From Bellilinea caldifistulae (lineage in GTDB: Bacteria > Chloroflexota > Anaerolineae > Anaerolineales > Anaerolineaceae), in the NCBI RefSeq assembly GCF_001306055.1, contig NZ_LGHJ01000008.1, forward strand, positions 74,351 through 106,350: DNA of 32,000 nt. The letters run 5' to 3'. Under the pieces are notes generated by a model. That model was given only the letters and a program-made list of their open reading frames with translations. It was not told the DNA's origin and made no database searches. Numbering within the stretch: the stretch's first letter is position 1; the number at the start of each line of letters is the position of its first letter. The position numbers and the translations under genes were made by a program. Of this stretch, positions 15,159 to 24,439 are shown one piece after another.

Positions 15159-15773
15159 CTATGATCGGGGTAAATCGTTTGGACGTAAGCCTGCTTTTAT
15201 TGCAAGTGCTGACGCTTCACCGCGAGAGGAACAATTAAGCTTCTTTAGAATCTGATGAACATGATGACGAACGGTATTTTGACTGACGACTAAAAACTTA
15301 GCGATATCCTTATTACTCTTTCCTTGCGTGATCAAAATTAATACCTGACGTTCCCGAGAAGTCAGTGTGGAAAGGATTTCTTCTTCTCCATTTAGCTGCT
15401 TAGTTAGTGGGGGATCAATATAAGTTGCTTCCTTTACTGGCCGATCCTTTTTATTGTAGATTATTCCCCAAAAAGCGGCTACAAGGAGCAGCAGAACTTG
15501 CGGAAGCAAAAAAAGGCCGATAGTGAAACGGCCCAGATAGACAAAATAAGCCTGTAAAAAGCCGATAACAGCCCAGATGAGAACAGAATTCGGAATCTTA
15601 AAGGGTTTCAGGGCAGAAATGACCACCAATAAATTGCCAATGGCCAGGAGGATAATGAAAGGCGAAGCGTTCCAATCCTGGTTGATAACGATGTTGAAAA
15701 GAACTGTCGTTGCGACGCCTAGTCCCAGTAATCCGCCCAGGAAAGCAATGATTCGCGGCAGATTATCAGACAT
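15159..15773 (-). CDS. membrane-bound LuxR-family transcriptional regulator (4 TM + HTH)
   Basis: C-terminus LTSRERQVLILITQGKSNKDIAKFLVVSQNTVRHHVHQILKKL is a LuxR/GerE HTH. About 110 aa of hydrophobic N-terminus. GGAGG lies 7 nt before the ATG. Confidence 0.85.
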   Translation of the reverse strand: MSDNLPRIIAFLGGLLGLGVATTVLFNIVINQDWNASPFIILLAIGNLLVVISALKPFKIPNSVLIWAVIGFLQAYFVYLGRFTIGLFLLPQVLLLLVAAFWGIIYNKKDRPVKEATYIDPPLTKQLNGEEEILSTLTSRERQVLILITQGKSNKDIAKFLVVSQNTVRHHVHQILKKLNCSSRGEASALAIKAGLRPNDLPRS

Positions 15774-16296
15774 TTTAAACCTCCATCATTATGTTAGTCT
15801 CCCTTTCAATCGTTAGTAGCCTTCTCGCTAATTAATATACGCGTGAAACTTATATCAGTTTATCATGTGCAACCTGTCCAACATCGTTATTGCTACAGAT
15901 ATAAACTCCTGTTGATAGGCACCTATATTTTCGTATTGTAAATCGAGAACTACCCCAACGAAGACGGAAATCAAGTTTAGATCGATATTGGGAAGGTATT
16001 CTGTGGTCTGCTGGGTTTGTTACTCCAAAGCATCTCCAATTCTTAATGGCAGGCCTCAATCCCAATTGATTCTCTGGAATTATTTCCATGCGAATCGGTT
16101 TTTACAAAAGCGTGGAATTCTAACGTCGGCGAATAAAAAGTAATAGGAATTTTAGTCAGGAGGTGTAACCCAACTAAGTCTTCGATCAGGACCATTGTTC
16201 ACAAAAGCTAATGAATATTTTACCCCCCAAGGGGACCCATTGCCCCTCAGGGGCAACGCGTCTTCCAGGGGGTAATACACAATGGAGGATACACAC

Positions 16297-18229
16297 ATGA
16301 GACTTGCAGGCATTGAAAAGGGAGGGTTTTATCCCTACCCAAACCACATGGCGGAAGCTACGGCTTCCTGGTTCATCCCGCCACCAGCGGGAACACGCGG
16401 GCGACTGCTCGATCCCTGCGCCGGTGAGGGCGAAATCGCCAGCCTCCTGGGCAGGCTGCTCAACTGCGAAACCTGGGGCTGCGAGCTGTTCCCCTATCGC
16501 GCCGAGAAAGCCGCCGCCCGCATGGACAAGTGCCACAACGCCGCCTGGGAGAGCTGTTCCCTGACCGACGAGTCGGTCACACTCTTATGGCTCAACCCGC
16601 CTTATGATGACGACCGGCACGGTAACGAGAAGCGGCTCGAGCTGGCTTTCCTGAAATCCACCACGCCCAAGTTGGTGCACGGCGGTGTGCTGGCGTTCGT
16701 CATCCCACAGCGCATCTTGCGACTGGTGGAGATCGCCCGCTACCTGGCGAGCCAGTACGAATGTCTCACCATCTTGCGTTTTACGGACGGCGAGTATGAG
16801 CGCTTCAAGCAAATTTTGCTTCTAGCGACACGGCGAGATAAGTACAACATTCCCCACATCGAAGAGATCGAAGCCATCCAGCGCCTGGCGGAGAGTGATC
16901 TAGCGCCGTTAGGATTTGCCCCAGAGCCGATCTATCCGCTGTTGCCTGCCCCGCTGAAAGGCGCCGGCGGCAGGGCGATCACCTTTCGCCGGCTGGATTG
17001 GGCTCCTGACGACCTGGTGGAAGCCAGCCGCTGGGCGGGTGTGCGCAAGACCCGCGCCTGGCAGGATCTGGTTCATCCGGTCAACAGCGAGGTTGCTTTC
17101 ACCCCCACCATGCCGCTCAAGAAAGGTCACCTGGCGATGTTGATGGCTTCCGGCTTGATGGGAACCTTGAACCTGACGGACGATGAGGGTCACCTCATGC
17201 TGGTCAAAGGCAGAGTGATCAAGGTGGTGGATAAAACCACTCACCGCGACGATCACGACCCCGACACCCTGGTCGAGCGTTTCCGTGACCGCTACGTGAC
17301 CACGGTGGCTACGCTGAGAGCCGCCCACGGCCTGGAGATCATCGAGGACACGGAGCGCCTGACCGACTTCATGAAGGCGCACGGCGACAAGATCGCCGCC
17401 CACACCCTGGCAGCCTACCGTCCGCTTTATGACCTGAAGCCCAGCGAAGAAGAGTTAGCAATCCTTGATCGTCTGGGCAAGCAGCGCAAGCCATTGCCCG
17501 GTCAGTCCGCTCCTGGCCTGCTCCCTACCCAGAAGCACGCCGCCATCGCCGCCGCACGGGCAATCCAGATTCACCGGACGGCCAACATTCAGGGGGAGAT
17601 GGGGTCCGGCAAGAGCTCAATTGGCCTGGCTGTCATTGAGCTGCTCGACGCCTATCCAGCCTTGATCTTGTGCCCGCCGCACCTGGTGCCCAAGTGGATC
17701 CGTGAAGCGGAAGAGGTCATCCCCAGCGTGAAAGCGCGTGAACTGCGCCGCATCGGCAAGGGAACGGACAGCGATATCAACGACGTGCGCGCTTTCCTGG
17801 ATGACTTCGAGACCGGCAAGCTGGGGCGCAAGGCCATCGCCGTGGTTGCGTCCACCGCAGCCAAGATGGGCGCCGGCTGGAAGCCGGTCGTCCATGCAAA
17901 GACGATCAAGCTCAACGGCAAACCGCTGGTGGTGTACACCTGCCCGCAGTGCGGCCAGGTACAGACCGATCACCAGGGCATTCCGGTGACCGAGATCGAG
18001 TACTTCCAGAAGCGCCGTAGCTTTTGTTCGGCGCAGGTGAGTGGCTGGAAGCTGGATACCAAAGGCCGGCGAGTCTGGGATCAAGATGGCAATCCGGTCT
18101 GGGAGACGCGTCCCTGCGGCGCTCCGCTCTTCGAGTATTCCGAAGCCCGCCGTTGGTCAATCGCAGAGTACATAAAGGATAAGGCGCATAATCGTTTTAA
18201 GATTTTAATAGGCGACGAATGCCACGAGT
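16297..18229 (+). CDS. N6-adenine DNA methyltransferase-DExH/SNF2-like helicase, exon 1
   Basis: Start at ATG 16297 (GGAGGA 7 nt upstream). MTase motif I LDPCAGEGE and motif IV LNPPYDDD. Helicase motif I GEMGSGKS and Ia LILCPPHLVPKW. The exon ends ..GDECHE plus a T at 18229, immediately before GTGCG. Confidence 0.85.
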
Positions 18230-18863
18230 GTGCGCTGTGAAAGCTACATAACCTGAGGCAGGCTGAGATGCCTGCTACCGGCTACCTCAACCGGTAAGAA
18301 CAAGGTGACATGCGTCTGGCTAGAGCGAGCCAGGGGTATGAAGCTCACCTGGAATGTACCTGTGCGGGCAAATCACGTGCCCAAGAGGCAGGGCTAATCT
18401 CGATATCTTCCTATGGCAAGGAAAACGAATGCACGCAAGCATCGTGACATTCAACACCCCGCTAAACGTGATTGGGGGTGATAGGAACAGCGGAGGGGCT
18501 ATTCGTTCCCCATCCGACGGCAGCGATCAGCTGCTGGTCTGGCTCTACAGAGGTACAAGAACCAGAATGACCTCGGTGTATAGTGCATGCCTAAGGGAAG
18601 GGTGCAAAGACAGGTTATGTGGAACACAGGAACTTCCTTGCTTCACCCCGAAACGTACGGGGTTGGACAGCTGCCGTTGATGTGAGAAGGGAAGGGCGGA
18701 GCCGCCGTAGTAGTCGCCGGGAGAATAGACAGGGTCAAAAGCCCTGCCCTACGACCCGGTCACGGAGAACGGGAAAGCCGTTCACAGGGCGAAGGGCGGC
18801 AGTCACGACTTGCACGGAATGGGTGTAGGCCTCTAATCCCACACGGAAAAGGAGGTGGTCGCC

Positions 18864-20638
18864 ATGAACACGACACCGGAAGTAGAAAGGCTGGAAACGC
18901 CGAAAACTCAGCTGGAAAGCCTCTATCGATGGACAAAACGAACCCAAGAAGTGCTGGCACATCGAAGCCTGAAAGGGCTGACGTTCGACCGTTTGTACAA
19001 CCTGATGCGCTCCAAACGCCTGACCACAGTTGCACTGGATCGGGTGTTGAAGAACGACGGGGCAAGAACGGCGGGCGTCGATGGCATTACGAAAGGAGAC
19101 CTGAATACAGAAGAAAGCCGTGCTCAACTGGTGGATGAACTGAACCGGGAACTGTGCGCTAAAACGTACAGGCCCCGACCCGTTCGGAGAACGTATATCC
19201 CCAAAGCCAATGGCGAACAACGACCACTTGGTATTCCCACGATCAAAGATCGGGTGGTACAGGAAATGCTCCGGCTGATCCTGGAACCGATCTATGAGGC
19301 AGGTTCTATCCGCACAGCTACGGATTTAGACCCTTCCGGTCGACCCATCATGCTGCCCTGCGGATCAAAGACCTGATCGGGAAACGCCACTACAACATCG
19401 CCATCGAAGGGGACATCCGCAAATGCTTCGACCGCATCCATCACCTCAAGCTGCTCAAGATCCTGCGCAGAACTATCCGGGATGAGCGTATCATCCGGCT
19501 GGTCAAGGATCTGCTCAAAGCAGGGGTGATGGAAGATGGGGCCTGGCAGGTGACGGATGAAGGCACGCCACAAGGGGGGATCGTTTCCCCACTGCTGGCG
19601 AATATCTATCTGAACGAGTTGGATTGGTTTATCCACGCCAAATGGGGCGGGTTCAGTGAAGCAGAGAGGCAGCGCTTGCTCCGCCGGGGCGCATTCCGAA
19701 GTTTCATCGTTCGTTACGCCGACGATTTCGTCGTCATGGTGAAGGGAACGATGGAGCAGGCTATGCAGCTAAAAGCGGAGATCGCCGATTTTGTGGGAAC
19801 TGAACTCCATTTAGAGTTGTCAGAGGCCAAAACGTTGATCACGCCAGTGGAACAGGGGATTGACTTCCTTGGCTTCCGCATCCGCAAGTATCAACGGGTG
19901 ACCCTGATCACACCCTCCCCAAAGGCGATGAGCCGGTTTCGAGAGAAGGCGAAGCAAAGAGTATGGGAAGGTTTCAGCACGCAGAACGATGCAGGTGCAA
20001 TCGAGCATCTCAACAAGTACCTGGTCGGATGGGCAATGTACTATCGTCGGGTGAGCAGCAGCCGGGCATTCCGGCAAGCAGATCACTATGTCTGGTGGCG
20101 GGTGTTTCGCACCTCCCACCGGCTGCGCAACCCCAAGTTGACACCCGGACAGCATTACAAAGCCCACTACATCCCCTATCGCTACGACATCCGTCGAGTG
20201 AACCGGAGGCATCGCTGCAAGAACTACGGCTGCTGGGCGGACAAAGCCCATACCACCGCCTACATCGTGGTCACCCTGAATTTCTTTCCCATACGCTACG
20301 TGAGCTTTCATCCCCAGCTCAACCCGTATGTACCGGAAGAACGGACTATCCTGGAAGAGCGAGTAGAAGAATTGAACCTACCGCCCAACCTTGAGTCGCC
20401 CGGACCGATGGCGCAGTCGGAATATGGGCCAGAATGGCGTACATTACGAAAGGCAGTATTGGAGCAATCCGGCTACCGCTGCTGGCAATGTGGCAAACCC
20501 ATCCGGGGAAGGAAGGCGCACGTGCATCACTGTGCCCGGCTGAAAAGCTTCAAGAACCGTAGACAGGCTCATTTTCTAGAAAACCTTGTCGCCCTCTGTC
20601 CAGGCTGCCACCAGAAGGCAGAATGGCAGGGGCGATGA
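18864..20638 (+). pseudogene. group II intron reverse transcriptase/maturase with HNH endonuclease; 1-nt frameshift near 19302
   Basis: GGAGG lies 8 nt before ATG 18864. Frame 0 reads ..RTYIPKANGEQRPLGIPTIKDRVVQEMLRLILEPIYEA. The conserved continuation RFYPHSYGFRPFRSTHHAAL..EGDIRKCFDRIHH is in the -1 frame from 19301. Downstream lie TPQGGIVSPLLANIYL, YADDFVV, a maturase region and HNH (CWQCG...HVHHC...CPGCH). Confidence 0.85.
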
Positions 20639-20675
20639 GAGTGCCTACAAATCTGTGCATATAGTCGTGTATGGA

Positions 20676-20709
20676 GAGCCGGATGCGCTGAAAGGTGCAA
20701 GTCCGGTTC
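20676..20709 (+). ncRNA. group II intron domain V
   Basis: GAGCCGGATGCGCT-GAAA-GGTGCAAGTCCGGTTC is a 34-nt hairpin. It has the AGC catalytic triad at positions 2-4, a GNRA loop and a 2-nt AA bulge. All pairs were checked by hand. Confidence 0.8.
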
Positions 20710-20772
20710 GGAGAGGGGGGTGGGGAAACGTGCTCATCGAAAGGTGAGTAACGCGCTCTGCCCCTACTCTAC

Positions 20773-22322
20773 ACAAGTCGAAATCCAGCGATCGGGGTGT
20801 AGCCTTTCACCAGTTGGCCGAAGCGACGATGTACACACTAACCCTAACCGGCACCTACTTTGGCGGGCGGAGTACTTCAATCTTTTGGTTGCTGCACCGC
20901 CTGACGCCCAGCGTACGCTAGGATTTTGCCTTCCATGACGAGCTGCGCTGGGCTAACGCTTACGGACTGCTGGAAAGCGTTCGCAAGCGCAAGGTGGGTA
21001 GCGACCTAGCTGACGAGGATGGAACCTTCACTGGCAACCGGCGCTACCGCGAGCAGGCGCACGAGATCCCGGGCGTCAGCCCGGCGATCATCACCCGCCT
21101 GCTGCATAACTCGATCTTCCTCAATCTGAAAGACCTGGGGGTCGAGCTGCCACCCTACTCGGAGGAGGTGGTAGAACTGGAGATGGAAGATGCTCAAGGC
21201 CGCCAGTATCAGGGGATGGAAAGCATCCTGCGCCACATGGCGCGCCGCGATTCGCGTTACCTCTCCCTGTGGCTGCAGTGGGCGTTAGCCCGTCCGAACT
21301 CAGCTTTCCGAGATGAAGTGGTGATGCTCAATCACGCCGCTGTCCCGGCTTACCAGTTCACCGCCCTGGCGAAAGAACTGCTGGACTCCACTGGAGACAG
21401 CGAAATGCACCATCAAGCTGCCCAAGTTCTGCTGGAAGCAGCCCGTACAGCGCAATCTGCGGCTGGAAAACGTGAGAAGGAAGTGATCGTCCAGAGCCCG
21501 CTGATGCAGCTGCCGGCTGTGCTGCAGGGGCAGTTGATCGAGAGCAACCTGTTGCCCAAGGAACGCTGGCTGGCCAGTTTCTGCCTGTCCGAGAAAGCCC
21601 AACGCAGGCGCGTGCTGGTCTATATCCGCCAGACAGGAACCAGAGACATTCAGGAGCGCATCGAAACCGTGTTGGAAAACGCCGGACTGCGGGTGATCAC
21701 CCTGTACAGCAGCGTGGATCCCCGCAAGCGCGAGGCCTGGATTGACAGGCACGCTGATGTGGATGTGCTGATCACCAATCCCCGCCTGGTGGCTACCGGC
21801 CTGGATTTGGTGAATTTCGCCTCGGTGGTGTTTGCCGAGGTCGAATACTCGCTCTACGTGTTGTGGCAGGCTCTGCGCAGAGTCTGGCGTCTAGGGCAGA
21901 CCAAGCCGGTGAAGGCTGTCTTATCCGTCTACCGGGGCACGATGGAAGCTCAGGCGCTGGCCCTGATGGGGCGCAAGATGCGCGCTGCACAACTTCTGTA
22001 TGGGGATAATGTTGGCGGCGCGATTGTACCCGTAGAAGATGGAGATTTTATCACCGAGCTTGCTCGCGAAGTTCTCCGAGGAGCTCAGCTAGAGGATCTG
22101 CAATCGCTGTTTGCGGATGAGATGCAAATGTCCAACTCGCCCATGGGCTGCCCGACCGAGACCAGCCCAATACTGGTTCCGGTCCAACCTAGGACCTGGG
22201 ACGAATGGCTCAGATCGCGAGACCTTATGAATAGGATACTAGTTTCAAGGCGATCTGGTAGACGGTCAAGCCCAGAAGCGCCAGGTCAATTGTCTATTTG
22301 GAACACTATGAAGGAGAAATAG
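20773..22322 (+). CDS. MTase-helicase exon 2 (helicase motifs III-VI); contains an in-frame TAG at 20919-20921
   Basis: Hand translation from 20773: (Y)KSKSSDRGVAFHQLAEATMYTLTLTGTYFGGRSTSIFWLLHRLTPSVR*DFAFHDELRW.., continuing into track ORF 20994-22322. Motif III LTGT, motif V ITNPRLVATGLDL, motif VI QALRRVWRLGQTKPV. Confidence 0.8.
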
Positions 22323-22352
22323 TATCGAAGACCACCTATCACAATTCCAACG

Positions 22353-22396
22353 CTCCGGTTTTGGCAGCCAGTCTGCCAGAACCGGAGTTTTCTTTT
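22353..22396 (+). terminator. intrinsic terminator after helicase gene
   Basis: 15-bp stem (CTCCGGTTTTGGCAG / CTGCCAGAACCGGAG, one G.U pair) with a 5-nt loop, followed by TTTTCTTTT. Confidence 0.7.
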
Positions 22397-22450
22397 ACCC
22401 CCTAAGGCGCACAAGAGACATTCAATCCATTTATAGCAAGAGGTGCAATT

Positions 22451-22669
22451 ATGGCAGACCAGAGTGTAAGTCAAAACTTTGCTAAAAATCCTGACCCACA
22501 AGAAAAACCGTCTTCTGGAGATGATATAACCCCTTCCCAGGAGCAGCTATGCCCCCAGCTGGAGGCATCCTTACCAGACAAGCTCCCTCAAAGCCTGATC
22601 GAATGGCTGGCGCGCATCAACCGCCGTTACCTGGCGCTCAACCAGGAAAAGACGAACGACACCAGCTAA
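22451..22669 (+). CDS. hypothetical small acidic protein (72 aa) upstream of integrase
   Basis: AGAGGTG lies about 6 nt before the ATG. No motif. Its position would suit a recombination directionality factor, but nothing supports that directly. Confidence 0.35.
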   Translation: MADQSVSQNFAKNPDPQEKPSSGDDITPSQEQLCPQLEASLPDKLPQSLIEWLARINRRYLALNQEKTNDTS

Positions 22670-22777
22670 TGATCAATCTGGCTGCTCCTGGAATGGAGGT
22701 GTGCTGTGAAACAACCCGAGTAGTTTTCTCACCTGGTCTTCAACTCATTACTACTTCGAACGAAAGGATATAACAAG

Positions 22778-24439
22778 ATGAACCGATACAAGCAAAGAGA
22801 AGACTCTTCCCCAATCCCTGGAGCAGCTTATATCCGCTTCTCATCTGAGATGCAAAGCGACTCCTTCAGCCTGGACGCCCAGCTGCGCCAGATCAAGGAA
22901 CAGGCTGAGCGCGATGGCGTCGAGATCGTCAAGGTGTTCGCCGACCCAGCCCAATCGGCTTACCGCAAGAAATACCGCCCAGGGATCAATGCCATGCGCG
23001 AAGCTGCCCGGCGTGGCGAATTCAAGGTGCTGTACGTCCACAAAGTGGATCGCCTGGCGCGCCGTTTGGAATGGTCGTTGGAGATCGTCCACGAGCTGCA
23101 GGAGCTGGATATCATTTTCAAGGCCGTCCAGCAGCCCTTTGACCTTGGTACGCCGGAGGGTAAGCTCCTGTTTCACCTGGTCAGCTCGCTGGGCGAGTTT
23201 TACAGCGATAATTTATCCAAAGAGACCAACAAGGGCAAGTTGGAGCGTTCGCTGCAAGGCTATCACAATGGCGCCGTCCCTTGGGGTTACATCAGTGTGT
23301 TGCAGGGCAACCGCAAGGTAGGCGTTCCCGACCCGGAGAAGGCTCCGGTTGTGGTCGCAATGTTTGAACGCTATGCTACTGGCCAATACTCTGACATGCA
23401 GATCGCTGCCTGGTTGAACGAACAAGGATATCTCACTGCAAAGAATCGTATGTTCAACAAGGACTCGGTGCGGGATATGCTCTGCAATCCCTACTATGTG
23501 GGCAAGATCCGTTACCGTGGCATGACCGTCCGTCCTAAAGGAGTCAGTTATCGCTCCACGCCGCCCAAGGTCTCTGATGGCCAGCACGAACCAATCATCA
23601 CCCAGGAATTGTGGGATCGCTGCCAGGCGCTGCGTGCCAGTCGGCGTGTTGTACCCAAACCTGGACAGAAGGCGGCCAGGATTCACCTGCTGCAAAGCCT
23701 GGCGGTCTGTGCGCACTGTGGTCGACGGCTTCGTGTCCAGACACCGAAGAATTACCCCACCTACTACCGGGAGGATTCGCACCTGCGTGGTTACTACGAC
23801 TGCCCGTACTCAGGTCAAAGCATTCACGCTGACAAGCTGGATGAACAGGTTGCGGATTTAATACAGTCGCTGAAGCTCACTCCAACCTGGGAAGAAGATG
23901 TGCGGAAACTACTCCATGATGAGCAGGACAGGTCCGATCCGGAGAGCGAGCGCAAGGAGATCCGCAGTATGTTGCGACTGATGCGCGACAACTACGAGCG
24001 GGGCCTGTACGAAGGTGAAGAATACCAGTATTGGCAGAAGGTCAACAGCTTGAAGGAAAAGCTCGACTTGCTCACGCGCATTCCTGAATTAGCGATTGAA
24101 CGGGCTGCCCTCACCTTGTTAAACTTACATGATAGCTGGGAATGGGCTACCCGCGAAGAGCGCAAGATGCTGGTGCGGACTATGATCCAGGAAGTTGGTT
24201 GCGATGTGGGCACAAAGCGCATCATGTGGGTCAAAGTCAATCCAGACTACGAGATTCTCTTCCGGCTGATGGATAGACTGCGCCCCGACGCCGAGCGACG
24301 CTACTGGATCCGAGAACAAGGTGCAGAAGGGAATATTGTTGACATAGGGGAAGAGATGAGACAGAAGGTAACGGAAGTCAAAATCGCCTTCCCGGTGTCC
24401 CACAATACCTTGACAAGTGTCGAGGAGTACGTACAATGA
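22778..24439 (+). CDS. large serine recombinase (integrase)
   Basis: Resolvase-type N-terminus AAYIRFSSEMQ...VLYVHKVDRLAR with a catalytic Ser context. It also has a recombinase domain, a zinc-ribbon CAHCGRRL...C motif, and a long coiled-coil-like C-terminus. Confidence 0.95.
   Translation: MNRYKQREDSSPIPGAAYIRFSSEMQSDSFSLDAQLRQIKEQAERDGVEIVKVFADPAQSAYRKKYRPGINAMREAARRGEFKVLYVHKVDRLARRLEWSLEIVHELQELDIIFKAVQQPFDLGTPEGKLLFHLVSSLGEFYSDNLSKETNKGKLERSLQGYHNGAVPWGYISVLQGNRKVGVPDPEKAPVVVAMFERYATGQYSDMQIAAWLNEQGYLTAKNRMFNKDSVRDMLCNPYYVGKIRYRGMTVRPKGVSYRSTPPKVSDGQHEPIITQELWDRCQALRASRRVVPKPGQKAARIHLLQSLAVCAHCGRRLRVQTPKNYPTYYREDSHLRGYYDCPYSGQSIHADKLDEQVADLIQSLKLTPTWEEDVRKLLHDEQDRSDPESERKEIRSMLRLMRDNYERGLYEGEEYQYWQKVNSLKEKLDLLTRIPELAIERAALTLLNLHDSWEWATREERKMLVRTMIQEVGCDVGTKRIMWVKVNPDYEILFRLMDRLRPDAERRYWIREQGAEGNIVDIGEEMRQKVTEVKIAFPVSHNTLTSVEEYVQ

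Larger units (their letters stand above)
9780..16200 (-). other. AT-rich inverted cargo block (LuxR-TM regulator, secreted proteins, ABC-2 transporter)
   Basis: All genes are on the minus strand, while the rest of the element is on the plus strand. Spot counts of 60-nt lines give roughly 38-45% GC here against about 52-63% in neighbouring element modules. This is not a full computation. Confidence 0.5.
18230..20772 (+). mobile_element. group II intron (2543 nt) inserted in helicase motif II
   Basis: The 5' end is GTGCG at 18230. An RT/maturase/HNH ORF sits internally. Canonical domain V lies at 20676-20709. Domain VI has a bulged A at 20766, 7th nt from the 3' end, and the intron ends in AC at 20772. 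Joining 18229 to 20773 restores the frame and the motif DECHEYK. Confidence 0.85.

Noticed and set aside
15850-16089. 79-aa minus-strand ORF in the gap between the cargo block and the MTase gene, considered as a possible IS/transposase remnant marking a cargo boundary.
   Set aside because: It has no RBS, no recognisable transposase motif, and an odd composition. No flanking inverted repeats were found.
18211-18717. GGCGAC in exon 1 (18211-18216) pairing with GTCGCC in intron domain I (18712-18717), considered as an IBS2/EBS2 pair.
   Set aside because: The exon site lies 14-19 nt upstream of the splice site, too far for IBS2. I could not find a clean EBS1 complement (ACTCGTG) by eye, so proper folding is needed.
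18864-20638. The reverse transcriptase considered as a retron, DGR or defence-associated RT.
   Set aside because: The RT is followed by maturase and HNH regions. It is embedded between a GTGCG 5' end and canonical domains V/VI, and it sits inside a host gene whose frame is restored by its removal. These are unambiguous group II intron features.
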